From positions 1,472,001 through 1,536,000 of the forward strand of contig CP147778.1 in NCBI GenBank assembly GCA_037305845.1: a stretch of DNA of 64,000 nucleotides, read 5' to 3'. Positions within the stretch are counted from its first letter, which is position 1, and the number at the start of each line of letters is the position of its first letter. Shown here in pieces: positions 1 through 10,397 of the stretch. A model generated the notes under the pieces. It did not search any database and was not told the DNA's origin. It worked only from the letters and a program-made list of their open reading frames with translations. The position numbers and the translations under genes were made by a program. This DNA comes from Candidatus Freyarchaeum deiterrae (GTDB lineage: Archaea > Asgardarchaeota > Jordiarchaeia > Jordiarchaeales > Jordiarchaeaceae).

Positions 1-465
1 TGTTCCGATGATTAATGTGCGCTGAAATCCACAGGGAACTGATCCATCGAGATAGTTTTTTCGTAGGATGTGCAATTCGTCTATTACCTTTGCATTAAAC
101 AGGAGTGAAATTTCAATACCTATGTCTATCGCTTCTTGGGAGATGTCAAAAGGAGGTGTTTGATGCTTGCAGGTGTTCTACATGCAAGTTTCATCTATCT
201 CATATGTGCAGTTAACATCATTAAATCCTTCATATACGATAGTACGTCCTTTTTCATACTCAACTAGCATTGCTTCATCATACTTCCCCATCTCACCTAA
301 TACTGGTCTAAAATATCTCTTAACTAGAAATTCGGGTTCATCGGTTTTTAGAATTGGCTGACAGAGACAGAATAGTTTGCGATTGGTTAGAAGCTCCTGG
401 TGAATTTCAATTCCTGCCTTGAATCCTAGTTTTTCGTATTCTAGCTCCAATAGAACCGCCTCCAA
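1..465 (-). CDS. gatE: Glu-tRNA(Gln) amidotransferase subunit E, 5' part (runs off window start); interrupted by a 30-nt BHB intron at 160..189; exons 465..190 and 159..<1
   Basis: GFKAGIEIHQEL..KLFC motif; after intron removal reads CTYEIDE|TPPFDISQEAIDIG...LHILRKNYLDGSVPCGFQRT, matching GatE/GatB motifs. Start may be the TTG at 450. Confidence 0.92.
160..189 (-). other. BHB-type mRNA intron in gatE (30 nt, contains in-frame TAG)
   Basis: Minus strand GATG-AA|A-CTTGCA-loop-TGCAAG-CATC-AA|A: 4-bp helix GATG/CATC between two 3-nt bulges. Confidence 0.88.
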
Positions 466-640
466 TTTTTTAAGGTTTCAAACACATTATCCGATGGTAA
501 CAACAAGAACCAACACCTTTTTCTTCATAATAATATCTCTTTCTAAAAATCTTTTCTAAGGCTTACAAAAATTCAAAGTATTTATAACTATTTCATTGCC
601 TAGTCAGCATTGTATTCTAAACTTTTAGGGGCAAAAACAC

Positions 641-2248
641 TTGGAAACCACGGCTTCTCTTAAAAATATGCAAAAAATGGCTTGCAGGGAAATAATAGAG
701 CAGGTTCTAAACAATAAGGAAATGAACGAGGAGCTAAACAAATTAAAAATAAAAATTTGCCAGAAATATCACCTAAATAAGGTTCCTAGGAACTCGGAGA
801 TTCTTAGCTATGCCTCGGAACAAGAGAGACAATATCTGCTACCCCTCTTAAGAAAGAAGAGAACACGTACAATTTCAGGTATCGCCATCGTAGCCGTAAT
901 GTCTAAGCCGGCACCCTGCCCCGGTACTTGTATCTACTGCCCTGGAGGTACCATCGCTCCGAAATCCTACTCAGGGCATGAGCCAGCAGCCATGAGAGCT
1001 ATTCAGAATAATTTTGACCCATACTTACAGGTAAAATCTAGGATTAAACAACTAGGAGCAATCGGCCACAGGGTTGACGGAGGCAAAATAAAGCTCGTGG
1101 TAATGGGTGGAACATTTCTTTCTCTCCCAATAGATTATCAGCATTACTTTGTACAAAGATGCCTTGATGCAATAACCGATATTTCTTCAGATACACTGGA
1201 TGAAGCAAAAAGAAATGCAGAACATTCTCGTACTAGAAATGTGGGAATAACTTTCGAAACACGCCCTGATTATTGCAGAGAAAAGCACGTCGATAACATG
1301 CTCAATATGGGGGGAACTAAAGTGGAAATTGGAGTTCAAACTGTTTACGATGATATTTACAAACTTGTTCACAGAGGCCACACTGTACAAGATGTGGTAG
1401 AAGCTTTTAGGATAGCTAAGGATTCGGGTCTCAAGGTTACAGCGCACCTTATGCCTAATCTTCCGGGATCAGATTATAGTAGAGATTTGGATATGTTCAA
1501 AACCATCTTTGATGATCCAAGGTTTAAGCCCGACAGCCTGAAGATTTATCCTTGTTTGGTACTTGAAGGCACGCCTCTCTACGATTTGTATATTAAAGGT
1601 GAGTATAGCCCTTACACGACGGATGATATCGTCAAACTTGTTGCTGAAGCTAAACGTATAATTCCAAAATGGATCCGTATTCAACGTATTCAAAGAGATA
1701 TACCTTCAAACCTAATTGTTTGCGGTGTGAAGAATGGCAATCTAAGGGAGTTAGCCGCTGAGGAGCTGGCAAGAAGGGGGTATAAATGTCAATGTATACG
1801 TTGCAGAGAAGTAGGTCATGTATCGCAGAGAAATCCGAATCTTTTACAAGGGGCAGAAGTGTTTTTACACACTGAGAGCTACTCTGCATCGGAAGGGGAA
1901 GAAGTGTTTGTATCCTATGAAAATAAGGATAGAAGTATTTTAGTAGGGTTTTTAAGACTTAGACGACCATCAGATTTGGCTCATAGACCTGAGATTCGAA
2001 ATTGTGGGTCAATGGTTGTTAGAGAATTGCATGTTTATGGTCCACTTGTACCCGTTCATGAAAAGCCAAGGGATGAATGGCAACACCGGGGATACGGTAA
2101 AAATTTACTAAGTGAAGCCGAAAAAATTGCCAGAGAAGATTATGATGCAAAAAAGCTCCTAGTTCTCTCTGGCATAGGAGTTAAAGAGTATTACTATAAA
2201 CTGGGATACAAACCTGATGGCATCTATGTTTCAAAAAAATTAAAATAG
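641..2248 (+). CDS. elp3: Elp3 tRNA U34 carboxymethyltransferase (radical SAM + KAT)
   Basis: CPGTCIYCPGG, MGGTF, ETRPD, LKIYP, QRIQRDIP, VRELHVYG, QHRGYG motifs. Confidence 0.96.
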   Translation: METTASLKNMQKMACREIIEQVLNNKEMNEELNKLKIKICQKYHLNKVPRNSEILSYASEQERQYLLPLLRKKRTRTISGIAIVAVMSKPAPCPGTCIYCPGGTIAPKSYSGHEPAAMRAIQNNFDPYLQVKSRIKQLGAIGHRVDGGKIKLVVMGGTFLSLPIDYQHYFVQRCLDAITDISSDTLDEAKRNAEHSRTRNVGITFETRPDYCREKHVDNMLNMGGTKVEIGVQTVYDDIYKLVHRGHTVQDVVEAFRIAKDSGLKVTAHLMPNLPGSDYSRDLDMFKTIFDDPRFKPDSLKIYPCLVLEGTPLYDLYIKGEYSPYTTDDIVKLVAEAKRIIPKWIRIQRIQRDIPSNLIVCGVKNGNLRELAAEELARRGYKCQCIRCREVGHVSQRNPNLLQGAEVFLHTESYSASEGEEVFVSYENKDRSILVGFLRLRRPSDLAHRPEIRNCGSMVVRELHVYGPLVPVHEKPRDEWQHRGYGKNLLSEAEKIAREDYDAKKLLVLSGIGVKEYYYKLGYKPDGIYVSKKLK

Positions 2249-2390
2249 TTAAGTTCTCATTTTTTTCGAGAACCGTTGATTTGGCAAGAGTAGTATTCGC
2301 TTTTCTTCAAAGAAGTTCGCTTTAAGTTTAAGCAAAACGTGTTTTTTCCGACTAGGTAATGTTTACAAGGGTCACAGACAGTAACAGTTT

Positions 2391-2762
2391 TTACTTTAGT
2401 TCTGCTATTTTTTTAGCTATGTCATTAATTAAATCGCGTGCGTTTCCCGGTTCGATTATGCTCACGGCAGCAGATGGAACGTCTATTCCCGAGGCAGTGC
2501 CAATCTGTTCTCTACTGCGCACATAGATGTACGGAATTTTTTTCTCCTCGCAGAGCAGCGGCACATGAGCCACAACTTCTGGAGGGTCGACATCTTCTGC
2601 CAGTATAACTAGTTTAGCTTGCCCACGTTCTATGGTCTTAGTCGTCTCATTTGTGCCCTTTCTAATCTTACCGGTATCACGCGCAATCTCTAGCGCTTGC
2701 AGAGCTTTTTTGACTAGCTCATCTGGGACTTGAAACCTTACATAAAAGGGCTTCGACAACAA
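2391..2762 (-). CDS. rpl7ae: ribosomal protein L7Ae / K-turn binding protein
   Basis: [24 protein letters not shown] motifs. Confidence 0.97.
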   Translation of the reverse strand: MLSKPFYVRFQVPDELVKKALQALEIARDTGKIRKGTNETTKTIERGQAKLVILAEDVDPPEVVAHVPLLCEEKKIPYIYVRSREQIGTASGIDVPSAAVSIIEPGNARDLINDIAKKIAELK

Positions 2763-2773
2763 TCATTCCTCCT

Positions 2774-2793
2774 TCGGGCAGCGCCCTCATCAT
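2774..2793 (-). promoter_or_regulatory. probable K-turn in the rpl7ae 5' leader (L7Ae autoregulation site)
   Basis: Minus strand ATGATGA-GGGC-GCT-GCCC-GA directly before the GGAGG RBS. Confidence 0.55.
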
Positions 2794-2912
2794 TTTGTGG
2801 GGCATCGCTCTGAATTGATTATTGGTAGGAAATAAGTTATCAAGTTTCGCTTATGAAATTTTTGGTGATATTAAAATTTGGAGAAGAACAGCGTAATTCG
2901 AGTGGATAAATT

Positions 2913-3428
2913 TTATCTAGACAGAAAGTTGAGAACTTCATTAAGAGCACATTTAAACCATATGGTGTATTTTTCTGGGTGTTTTTCTACGTTTTCTTTA
3001 AGCGTATCTATACTTACCCATTTAAAATCTTCTGCTTCTTCTGGATTTAGTTTGATTTTCCCGTCATGTTTTCCGATAAAAACGTGGTCGAATTCATATT
3101 CAGTAAGATTATGATCAAGATTAGCTTTATATACAAAATCGAAAGATTCTTTCAAATCACAATCAAAACCCATTTCTTCCATTAATCTTCTATGAGCAGC
3201 TTTATCTATAGCTTCCCCGGGTCTTGGATGGCTACAACAGGCATTTGACCATAGACCACCGGAGTGATACTTACTCTTTGCTCTTTTTTGGAGAAGCATT
3301 TCCTCCCTTGAGTTAAAGATAAAAATTGAGAACGCGCGATGTAGTTTCCCTTCTTCGTGTGCTTTTATCTTTTCTTCTGTGCCTATTTCTTTATCAGTCT
3401 CGTCCACTAGGATTACTGTTTCTTTCAT
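2913..3428 (-). CDS. idi: isopentenyl-diphosphate delta-isomerase, type 1 (Nudix fold)
   Basis: LHRAFSIFIFN, LLQKRA..KY, WSNACCSHP, EYEFDHVF, NPEE motifs; start placed at MKETVILVDE. Confidence 0.95.
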   Translation of the reverse strand: MKETVILVDETDKEIGTEEKIKAHEEGKLHRAFSIFIFNSREEMLLQKRAKSKYHSGGLWSNACCSHPRPGEAIDKAAHRRLMEEMGFDCDLKESFDFVYKANLDHNLTEYEFDHVFIGKHDGKIKLNPEEAEDFKWVSIDTLKENVEKHPEKYTIWFKCALNEVLNFLSR

Positions 3429-3499
3429 GTTTAATGCCTCTTTTTTATAAACTAATAACAATTTCGCATACATTGCCATGAAAACTTCAATTTTGATAA

Positions 3500-4318
3500 T
3501 TATTGGGCAGATATAAGAGTTCCCAACTCTTTATTTCCAAGTAGGGAGTTTAGTATGTATCCCTCCTTTTTAGCGTTTATTATTTCTACTTGGATCCCCC
3601 TTTCCACAAGAGGTAAGAGCTCCAATATTTTACGGCGCATTCCCCCAGTAACGTCGGTGGTTTTGGAACCTGAAACGTTTCTTAGAGTTTTTTCAATATT
3701 ATCTGGTGTAATTAAACGAATTAATTTAGCGTTTTTATTTGTGTTCGGATCAGAATCAAATACGCCGTCCACGTTAGTTCCGAAAATTACGCGTTCGGAG
3801 TTTAGTTTTTGGGCCAAAAAAGGTACGATATGGTCACCAGACAATATGCTGTAGCCCTGTTTTTCATCAAAAACAGCATCTCCCCAAAGCACAGGTATAC
3901 AACCCAGATTTAATGCTGACATCAGGGTTTTAGTGAACATGTCGGATAATTTACTATCCTTCTGGATAGAAATGGCAGAAGGCTGTAAAGGAATAGCGGG
4001 TAGTCCAAGGTTCTGAAGCTCCTCCACGAATATTAGATTAAGTTTACGCATAACTTGAACAGTTTTAGTAAATCCCAATATCTGATTACCAGACTTTAAA
4101 CCTAGATGCACATTATACTTAGCCGCAACGCTATGCCCAAAAGAACCTCCCCCGTGAACTAAAACTAGTTTCAAATTGGGAGAGCGGTCAAATGCTTCTT
4201 TAATCTCCATAGCTATTCTCTTTATGGCTTTGAAATCAGCGAGCATATCCTTCTCTTTTTTTGTAATGACACTTCCTCCAACCTTAAGTATAACAATGCT
4301 CATCGTTATCTCTTCCAA
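3500..4318 (-). CDS. ipk: isopentenyl phosphate kinase
   Basis: LKVGGSVIT, VHGGGSFGH, ILSGD, DVTGGM motifs; adjacent to mvk. Confidence 0.93.
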   Translation of the reverse strand: MEEITMSIVILKVGGSVITKKEKDMLADFKAIKRIAMEIKEAFDRSPNLKLVLVHGGGSFGHSVAAKYNVHLGLKSGNQILGFTKTVQVMRKLNLIFVEELQNLGLPAIPLQPSAISIQKDSKLSDMFTKTLMSALNLGCIPVLWGDAVFDEKQGYSILSGDHIVPFLAQKLNSERVIFGTNVDGVFDSDPNTNKNAKLIRLITPDNIEKTLRNVSGSKTTDVTGGMRRKILELLPLVERGIQVEIINAKKEGYILNSLLGNKELGTLISAQ

Positions 4319-4337
4319 AAGCAGTTTAGTTTTCCAT

Positions 4338-5304
4338 TTAGCTCTTCTCTATTTTCGCCCCTTCTTGGGATATGTTGGTAATAATGGGTTTTCCATCAGC
4401 TTTTAGTAAAGCATCAGCTATTTGTTTCTGTTTCATTTCCGGTGATAGAGCTATCATGCAGCCTCCTCCGCCTGCGCCTGTTAACTTTGCGCCATATGCC
4501 CCATTTGTTCTAGCTACGTTTATGAGTTTGTTGAGTTCAAAGGTGGAAACACCTATTGCCTCTAATAATCCTTGGTTAATGTCCATTAATTCTCCAAGCG
4601 CTGGTAAATCATTCTTTTCTAGAAACTTTAGACTCTCCATGACAAGTTTGCCTATTGAATTAATAATTGGGGTTACTACTTCGGTTTGTCTATCTCTCCT
4701 CAACCTAACCTTCCTAACCCATTCTGCCGTATTTCTCTCTATGCCTGTATCTCCGATCACGAGAGGTATTCTGGAGTTTAGTTTGACTGGTTTAATGGTG
4801 CCCCCTTTGTATAGTATAATACTTCCATTAGTTGCGATTGTGTTATCGATTCCGGAAGGCGTTCCATGGACAATTTTTTCAGCCTTAAAAGCTATATCAG
4901 AAATTTCGGATTTAGAGAGATTTAGATTTAGCAAAGCGTTTATGGCCATAGTAAGAGCTACAGAAACCGCTGCAGATGAACCTAGTCCAGCACCCGGAGG
5001 AATGTCCGACCTTATAGAAATATCAAAACCACGATCAAAACCGCTCCGATTTGAAATCTCTTTACAAACAGCACATGCTGGAATAAAAATACTTGGTAAA
5101 TGTGACTCTGGCTCGCTTTCATTAATTTTAAACTCACATGACTTCTTATATTCTTGGGAGAAGATTTGACATTCTTTTTTATCATTTAAACTGGCAGTTA
5201 CATAAACCCGCTTATCTATCGCAGCCACTAACGCGGGTTCCCCATAGACAACCGCATGTTCACCGAAAAAAAATAACCTTCCCCGGCGCCGAAGCTGTTA
5301 CCAT
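4338..5304 (-). CDS. mvk: mevalonate kinase; one extra base in a T8 run (5266..5273) frameshifts the N-terminus
   Basis: MVTASAPGKVIF / FGEHAVVYG lie in different frames; PGAGLGSSAA, HGTPSGID, GAKLTGAGGGG motifs. Confidence 0.9.
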
Positions 5305-5405
5305 ATCAATTCACCCATCGGTCAGCCAGCATGAGTCCTATAAGGCTCAGCTTATTCATTTATTTTTAATTCATACCTCTTATACCAATTCAAAACTACA
5401 ATTTT

Positions 5406-6014
5406 TTACCTTTTAACTTTGGCTTCAAAATCATCTACAGAAATGGGTAGTTCCCCGTCAGGCTGGATTTCTCCTCTCTCCCTTAGAACCTGCTGTGCTA
5501 ATAACCAGTATATAATGGAGAGCGCCCTACGTCCTTTATTATTACTTGGAATAACTAGATCAATATTCTCGGTAGAATTATCTGTATCACATAGAGCAAC
5601 CACCGGGATTCTAGCCGTTGCAGCTTCAGTTAATGCCTGCGAATCCGCCCGGGGATCGGTGAGCATTATAACATCAGGCTCAATGTACCTTCCTAAAGAG
5701 GGGTTTGTAAAAATTCCAGGAATAAATCTTCCAGCTATCGTGTTAGCACGGATTATGCTACTGAATTTACGTACAGGCCTTTGACCATATTGTCTTGCAG
5801 ATACAAGAGCTATTCTTGCTGGTTCGAATCTTGCTAGAAAACGACCAGTTACTCTTATTCTCTCATCGGTCTTTCTGATGTCGAGAACATAGAGTCCATC
5901 AGACCTTACCCTATAGATAAAGGGCTCCATACTTTTGGTTTTAACCTGTGTCCCAATATGGACTCCTGCGGCAAGATACTTATCCAATGGAATTAATAGT
6001 TCTGGCTCAGACAT
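5406..6014 (-). CDS. rps2: ribosomal protein uS2
   Basis: [28 protein letters not shown]. Confidence 0.97.
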   Translation of the reverse strand: MSEPELLIPLDKYLAAGVHIGTQVKTKSMEPFIYRVRSDGLYVLDIRKTDERIRVTGRFLARFEPARIALVSARQYGQRPVRKFSSIIRANTIAGRFIPGIFTNPSLGRYIEPDVIMLTDPRADSQALTEAATARIPVVALCDTDNSTENIDLVIPSNNKGRRALSIIYWLLAQQVLRERGEIQPDGELPISVDDFEAKVKR

Positions 6015-6087
6015 TATGTAACACGCTCAAATTCTAATTGGATTTGGATGTCTGTGAAATAACGTTTAGACCTAAAAATTTTATGGG

Positions 6088-6288
6088 TTAGGTGTGTTGA
6101 CTAAAGGGAAGTATATCGTCAATTAGGTTAATATGACTAAGCATCATACGCCTACAACAGTATCGTGTAATTTTCAGACTGGTTAAAACGACATCCGGCG
6201 GCTCACCTTGTCTTACTCTTCTAATAAACTCTTCCCATTTGTCAGCTATCAATTTACCACATGTAAAGCATCTTATAGGTATAATCAT
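6088..6288 (-). CDS. rpoN: RNA polymerase subunit N (Rpo10)
   Basis: [12 protein letters not shown]...RYCCRRM. Confidence 0.97.
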   Translation of the reverse strand: MIIPIRCFTCGKLIADKWEEFIRRVRQGEPPDVVLTSLKITRYCCRRMMLSHINLIDDILPFSQHT

Positions 6289-6432
6289 ATGACAAATCTC
6301 CATCAACCATTAAAAACTGACCAAACTTTCCTATCACACAATGTTTTGTACTATTGGTGAAATAAACGTTTTTTGGATTTTTAAATAGAATGTAAAGATT
6401 ATGCAAAGCTCATCTGTTCTTAAATTAGCTCA

Positions 6433-6843
6433 TCACCTGTAACTCTTTTGGACTTTTGCCCTGGCGCCTCTTCCTCCAGGTTTCTTTGGTTCCTTTTGTC
6501 TAGGATCGGAAACTAGAAATTTTCTATCGTACTCTAGAAGTTTTTGTCTTATTTGAGGATCGTCGAAATATTGGGTTAAGGCCTTCGCAATGGTGGTTCT
6601 AGCTGCTTCTGCTTGACTCGTTATTCCTCCACCCTGAACTGTAACGTCTATGTCAACTTTGTTATATAAAGCGGGTTCTACCAGAATTAATGGTTCCATT
6701 ACTTTTTGGCGGGCTAAAAGTGGTTCTATTAGTTTAACGGGTGTCTTGTTAACTCTGATTCTTCCTGAGCCCGGTTTTAGAACCGCTCTGGCTATTGAAT
6801 TCTTCCTTTTTCCGCTAGTTAGTATTACTATCTTTTTACTCAC
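6433..6843 (-). CDS. rps9: ribosomal protein uS9
   Basis: GKRKNSIARA, GGG, EPKKPGGRGARAKVQKSYR. Confidence 0.97.
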   Translation of the reverse strand: MSKKIVILTSGKRKNSIARAVLKPGSGRIRVNKTPVKLIEPLLARQKVMEPLILVEPALYNKVDIDVTVQGGGITSQAEAARTTIAKALTQYFDDPQIRQKLLEYDRKFLVSDPRQKEPKKPGGRGARAKVQKSYR

Positions 6844-6862
6844 AATTAAACCTCCGTGAGTT

Positions 6863-7441
6863 CTAACCTACAGGCGATACCCATCCTATTTCATTGGAAA
6901 GTGTTTCTATAGTAATATAGGAACAATCTGATTTTTTAATATGAGCATAGGAAATGGTTTGGGAGGGAGCTTTGCCCAAATACTCGGGTACGCCTAGATA
7001 AACTCTTAGATGCTTGTAGGCAGCCTTTCCTTTAGGTCTCTTCCATGGAAGCATGCCTCGAATGGTACGTTTAACTATTCGGTCGGGTCTTCGAAAATGG
7101 AATGGCCCCTTCAAAGGTTGTGTGTGTGTTTTAATTTGTAATTTCCATTTGTATCGGGATATAATTGCTTTTTTGGTACCAGTAATTACTGCTTTCTCAG
7201 CATTAATGACGGCTACCCTTTGTCCTTGCACAAGATGTGAGGCGACCACGCTTGCCAACCTTCCGAGAATAAGGTTAGTGGCATCAATTACGACTAGGTT
7301 GTCTAGGGGGAGGGAGCCTCTAATTTTCTTTTCGCGGGGTTGTCTTGTTTTTTCTGATTTTTTCTCTATTTTCTTCTCTTCTACTGATTCCGTTTCTTTC
7401 TTTTTTCCAGATTTTTTGACTTGTTTTGACATTTTACCCAC
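6863..7441 (-). CDS. rpl13: ribosomal protein uL13 with Lys/Glu-rich N-terminal extension
   Basis: VIDATNLILGRLAS, NAEKAVITG, RTIRGMLP. Confidence 0.96.
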   Translation of the reverse strand: MGKMSKQVKKSGKKKETESVEEKKIEKKSEKTRQPREKKIRGSLPLDNLVVIDATNLILGRLASVVASHLVQGQRVAVINAEKAVITGTKKAIISRYKWKLQIKTHTQPLKGPFHFRRPDRIVKRTIRGMLPWKRPKGKAAYKHLRVYLGVPEYLGKAPSQTISYAHIKKSDCSYITIETLSNEIGWVSPVG

Positions 7442-7443
7442 GT

Positions 7444-7809
7444 TTACCCTATTATTTTGACATTAGTGCCTGAAGGATTTCTTTTCATAAGTTCTTGAAT
7501 GGTTATGCATTCTCCTCCAGTCTTTTTAGCTTTGTTTGTCGCTTCCTTAGAAAAAGATAATGCTGCTACACATACCTTATGGTTTAATTCTCCTGAACTC
7601 AAAACCTTTCCAGGCACTAAAACGGTGTCATCATCAACGGTGTATCTGTTAATTTTGGATAAGTTTACAGAAACCTGATTCCTAGCGGGTCTCCTTAATT
7701 CGTCTGCCACTCTGCTCCATAGGTTATTTTTTTCTGATTTTGATTTTTTTGTAAGTTCAGCTATCAATTTCCAAACTTCAGGATTCGTTGGTCCAGTTGG
7801 TTTAGGCAA
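7444..7809 (-). CDS. rpl18e: ribosomal protein eL18
   Basis: TNP, VNLSKINR, VPGKVL; conserved gene order. Confidence 0.95.
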   Translation of the reverse strand: MPKPTGPTNPEVWKLIAELTKKSKSEKNNLWSRVADELRRPARNQVSVNLSKINRYTVDDDTVLVPGKVLSSGELNHKVCVAALSFSKEATNKAKKTGGECITIQELMKRNPSGTNVKIIG

Positions 7810-7846
7810 TATTTAACCTCCGATTTTCATGTCTGACAATGTATAT

Positions 7847-8653
7847 TTATGTAGTTTGTGAGGCGAGAAGTGACTGTAGCTCTTTAACTTTTTTCTCAAA
7901 TATTTCAATAGATGTTTTTACTATCTCCTCTGGAGGGAGCGCCTCAGTGGATTCTATATTAAATATAAACGAGGTGTCATCCGCTTCAACGTGGATGGCG
8001 TCAAACTCGCATTCGTTTTCGCATGCTTTGCATAGTGAACAATTAAAGACATCCTTTATCATGATTGATTTATTCTTGAGATCCAAAACGCCTTTAGGAC
8101 AAATTTCTACACAATCACCACAAGCTTCGCATTTGTCTCCTTCAAGTTGCACGATTGGTTTATATTTATAAGAACATGTGGAAACGGGTTGGTATTTTGC
8201 ATGATCCTTGCCTCGACCAAGAGAGGCATAAGCTTCTAGTACTATCCGTTGCCCTCGTGCTAAGCGAACAATAGGAATTTTATCACTTACAGGAACTACT
8301 GAGGGATCCTGAGATTTTAGTTCCCCCGAATAAACTATTACTCCTTCTTCCTCCGCTTCCCTCTCGAGAGTAAAGGTAAGTTGACACTGAGTACACCCAG
8401 CTCCTTGGCAACTGCATTTTTCAGGTAAATTATAACCCTGCAAATCGGTTTTGAGAGGAATAAGACCTAAGCGGTGCCCAAGAACTTCATCAAATAGGGG
8501 AGATGTGTTTTCTATGATAATGACCTCATCAATAGCCATAACCGGCACTTCAGCTAAGATTATGCGCCGTAAAGCATTAGCGAATGAAACATCGATGTTC
8601 TCCACCATAAACTTCATTGTATTTTCATCCTTGGATAGTATACGGATGTTCAT
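7847..8653 (-). CDS. rpoD: RNA polymerase subunit D (Rpo3) with ferredoxin-like Fe-S domain
   Basis: ANALRR, HRLGLIP, GKDHAKYQP; CxxCxxCxxxCP and CxxCxxCxxxC. Confidence 0.97.
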   Translation of the reverse strand: MNIRILSKDENTMKFMVENIDVSFANALRRIILAEVPVMAIDEVIIIENTSPLFDEVLGHRLGLIPLKTDLQGYNLPEKCSCQGAGCTQCQLTFTLEREAEEEGVIVYSGELKSQDPSVVPVSDKIPIVRLARGQRIVLEAYASLGRGKDHAKYQPVSTCSYKYKPIVQLEGDKCEACGDCVEICPKGVLDLKNKSIMIKDVFNCSLCKACENECEFDAIHVEADDTSFIFNIESTEALPPEEIVKTSIEIFEKKVKELQSLLASQTT

Positions 8654-8798
8654 AATTACACCAACGAGCTAGTTAAAGTACATTAAATAATTAAAAACTC
8701 TTTCTTCAATAAGCACAATCAACAACATATAAAAATTATATAAAGTTACTCACTCTCTTTTTTCTAAAAATTTTAAGACGTAGGGAGTTATTATAATT

Positions 8799-9200
8799 TT
8801 AAACCCTACGACCACGTCGTCCTCCTGGTCTGCGTGTGCCGTCATGTGGATGTGGAGTTACCTCCTCAATTCTTCCAATTCTCAGTCCTGCTCTTGCCAG
8901 AGCACGTATGGCCGCTTGGGCCCCTGGACCTGGTGTTTTAGGGCCATGCCCACCAGGCGCTCTGACATAAATGTGTATAGCTGTAATTCCCTTGTCCATA
9001 GCCGTCTGAGCTGCCCTGTAAGCAGCTTGCATAGCTGCATACGGAGAAGATTCATCTCGATCGGCTTTTACAATCATTCCTCCTGAATATCTCGCAACTG
9101 TTTCAGCGCCCGAAACGTCAGTTATGTGAACAATAGTGTCGTTATAAGAAGAGTATATGCGGGCAATTCCCCAATGAATTTTTTTAGATTTTTCGCCCAT
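8799..9200 (-). CDS. rps11: ribosomal protein uS11
   Basis: [31 protein letters not shown]. Confidence 0.98.
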   Translation of the reverse strand: MGEKSKKIHWGIARIYSSYNDTIVHITDVSGAETVARYSGGMIVKADRDESSPYAAMQAAYRAAQTAMDKGITAIHIYVRAPGGHGPKTPGPGAQAAIRALARAGLRIGRIEEVTPHPHDGTRRPGGRRGRRV

Positions 9201-9232
9201 TTTTCATTCCTCTATTTTCTAATTTATCATCA

Positions 9233-9760
9233 TTATTCTTGGACATTTGCTTTGATGCGTGTTGGATGATTTGGATCACTTAATGGTGAAGAAGAAGCGA
9301 AAGATACTAGGCTCTCGCCTTTTCTATCCACTAGATATCCTGGTGATGTGATACGCTTTCCGTCTACAGCTATATGTCCATGTACTATTAATTGCCTGGA
9401 ATGGTAAATAGAATTTGACAGACCTTGCATTTGGACTAGGGTCTGTAGTCTTCTATTTAATATGTCTTCAATGTTTAGCCTAAGCACTTCATCCAGTGTA
9501 GCTTCTGGTGATAAGATGCCTAGACGATTAAGTTTTCCCACTAATTGGCTCCTTGCTTTTTCCTGTGCCTCATCTGGAAGAGCAAGTGAACGTCTGGCAT
9601 GCTTCCTTAAGCCTCTGAGCAGGGTAGTAGCTCGCCAGATTTCTCTCTTATTCCTCAATCCATACTTACCCATAAGAATTAGTTCACTGTGTATCCTATC
9701 CTTCGAAAATGGATGCATTGGAGTCTTATACTTCTTTCTTTGCCTCTTAGGATCGCCCAT
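9233..9760 (-). CDS. rps4: ribosomal protein uS4
   Basis: MGDPKRQRKKY, YGLRNKREIW, RRLQT, RQLIVHGHI. Confidence 0.97.
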   Translation of the reverse strand: MGDPKRQRKKYKTPMHPFSKDRIHSELILMGKYGLRNKREIWRATTLLRGLRKHARRSLALPDEAQEKARSQLVGKLNRLGILSPEATLDEVLRLNIEDILNRRLQTLVQMQGLSNSIYHSRQLIVHGHIAVDGKRITSPGYLVDRKGESLVSFASSSPLSDPNHPTRIKANVQE

Positions 9761-9777
9761 TTAAACTACCTCGAAAT

Positions 9778-10230
9778 TTACCTCTTCTTTCTCCTCACTC
9801 CCACGGTTTGACCTTTACGACCCGTGGTTTTGGTATGCTGCCCTCTGGACTTGAGTCCTAAAGCGTGGCGTATACCTCTGTAACTCTTCGTTTTTCTCAA
9901 ATCATCTATATCATTTTTGGTGATTAAAGTTAAATCATTGCCAATAAAATGTTTATCCTTACCTAAACTAACATCCTTCTGCCGATTCAACATCCAACCA
10001 GGGATACCGAATTTCATTGGATCATCTAGAACCTCTTCAACCTTTTTAACATCCTGATCCGAAACATATCCCATTCTAATATCCGGATTTAGACCAGTCA
10101 CCCGGATTATAGCTTGCGCTAACCTAATGCCTACGCCTTTAATACCCTTCAAAGCGTAAAGGAACCTTTTTGCACCATCTAAATCGGTACCTGAAACCCG
10201 AACAATATAACGATAACTTTCCGACGACAA
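9778..10230 (-). CDS. rps13: ribosomal protein uS13 (TTG start inferred)
   Basis: YIVRVSGTDLDG, IKGVG, YRGIRHALGLKSRGQ. Confidence 0.96.
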   Translation of the reverse strand: MSSESYRYIVRVSGTDLDGAKRFLYALKGIKGVGIRLAQAIIRVTGLNPDIRMGYVSDQDVKKVEEVLDDPMKFGIPGWMLNRQKDVSLGKDKHFIGNDLTLITKNDIDDLRKTKSYRGIRHALGLKSRGQHTKTTGRKGQTVGVRRKKR

Positions 10231-10397
10231 TAGTGAACACTCCTTGTTAGGATGCAAAAACATCAAAACATCCAAATAAACTTTACGTATAAACATGTGA
10301 TAAGCAACAATACAGAGTATAACTTTAAAAAATAAACATTTCTATTTAAAATACGCTGAAAACAAATAAATATACAAGGCTGTAAACTAAATAGCAA

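Noticed and set aside
178-180. Pyrrolysine or stop read-through of the TAG in gatE
   Set aside because: Read-through would insert 10 residues into the conserved DExPP motif; the BHB excision explains the sequence exactly
4372-5169. Long antisense ORFs (e.g. 4372..5169, 18031..18576, 31756..32307, 52367..52984)
   Set aside because: They are shadows of well-conserved genes on the opposite strand and have no motifs
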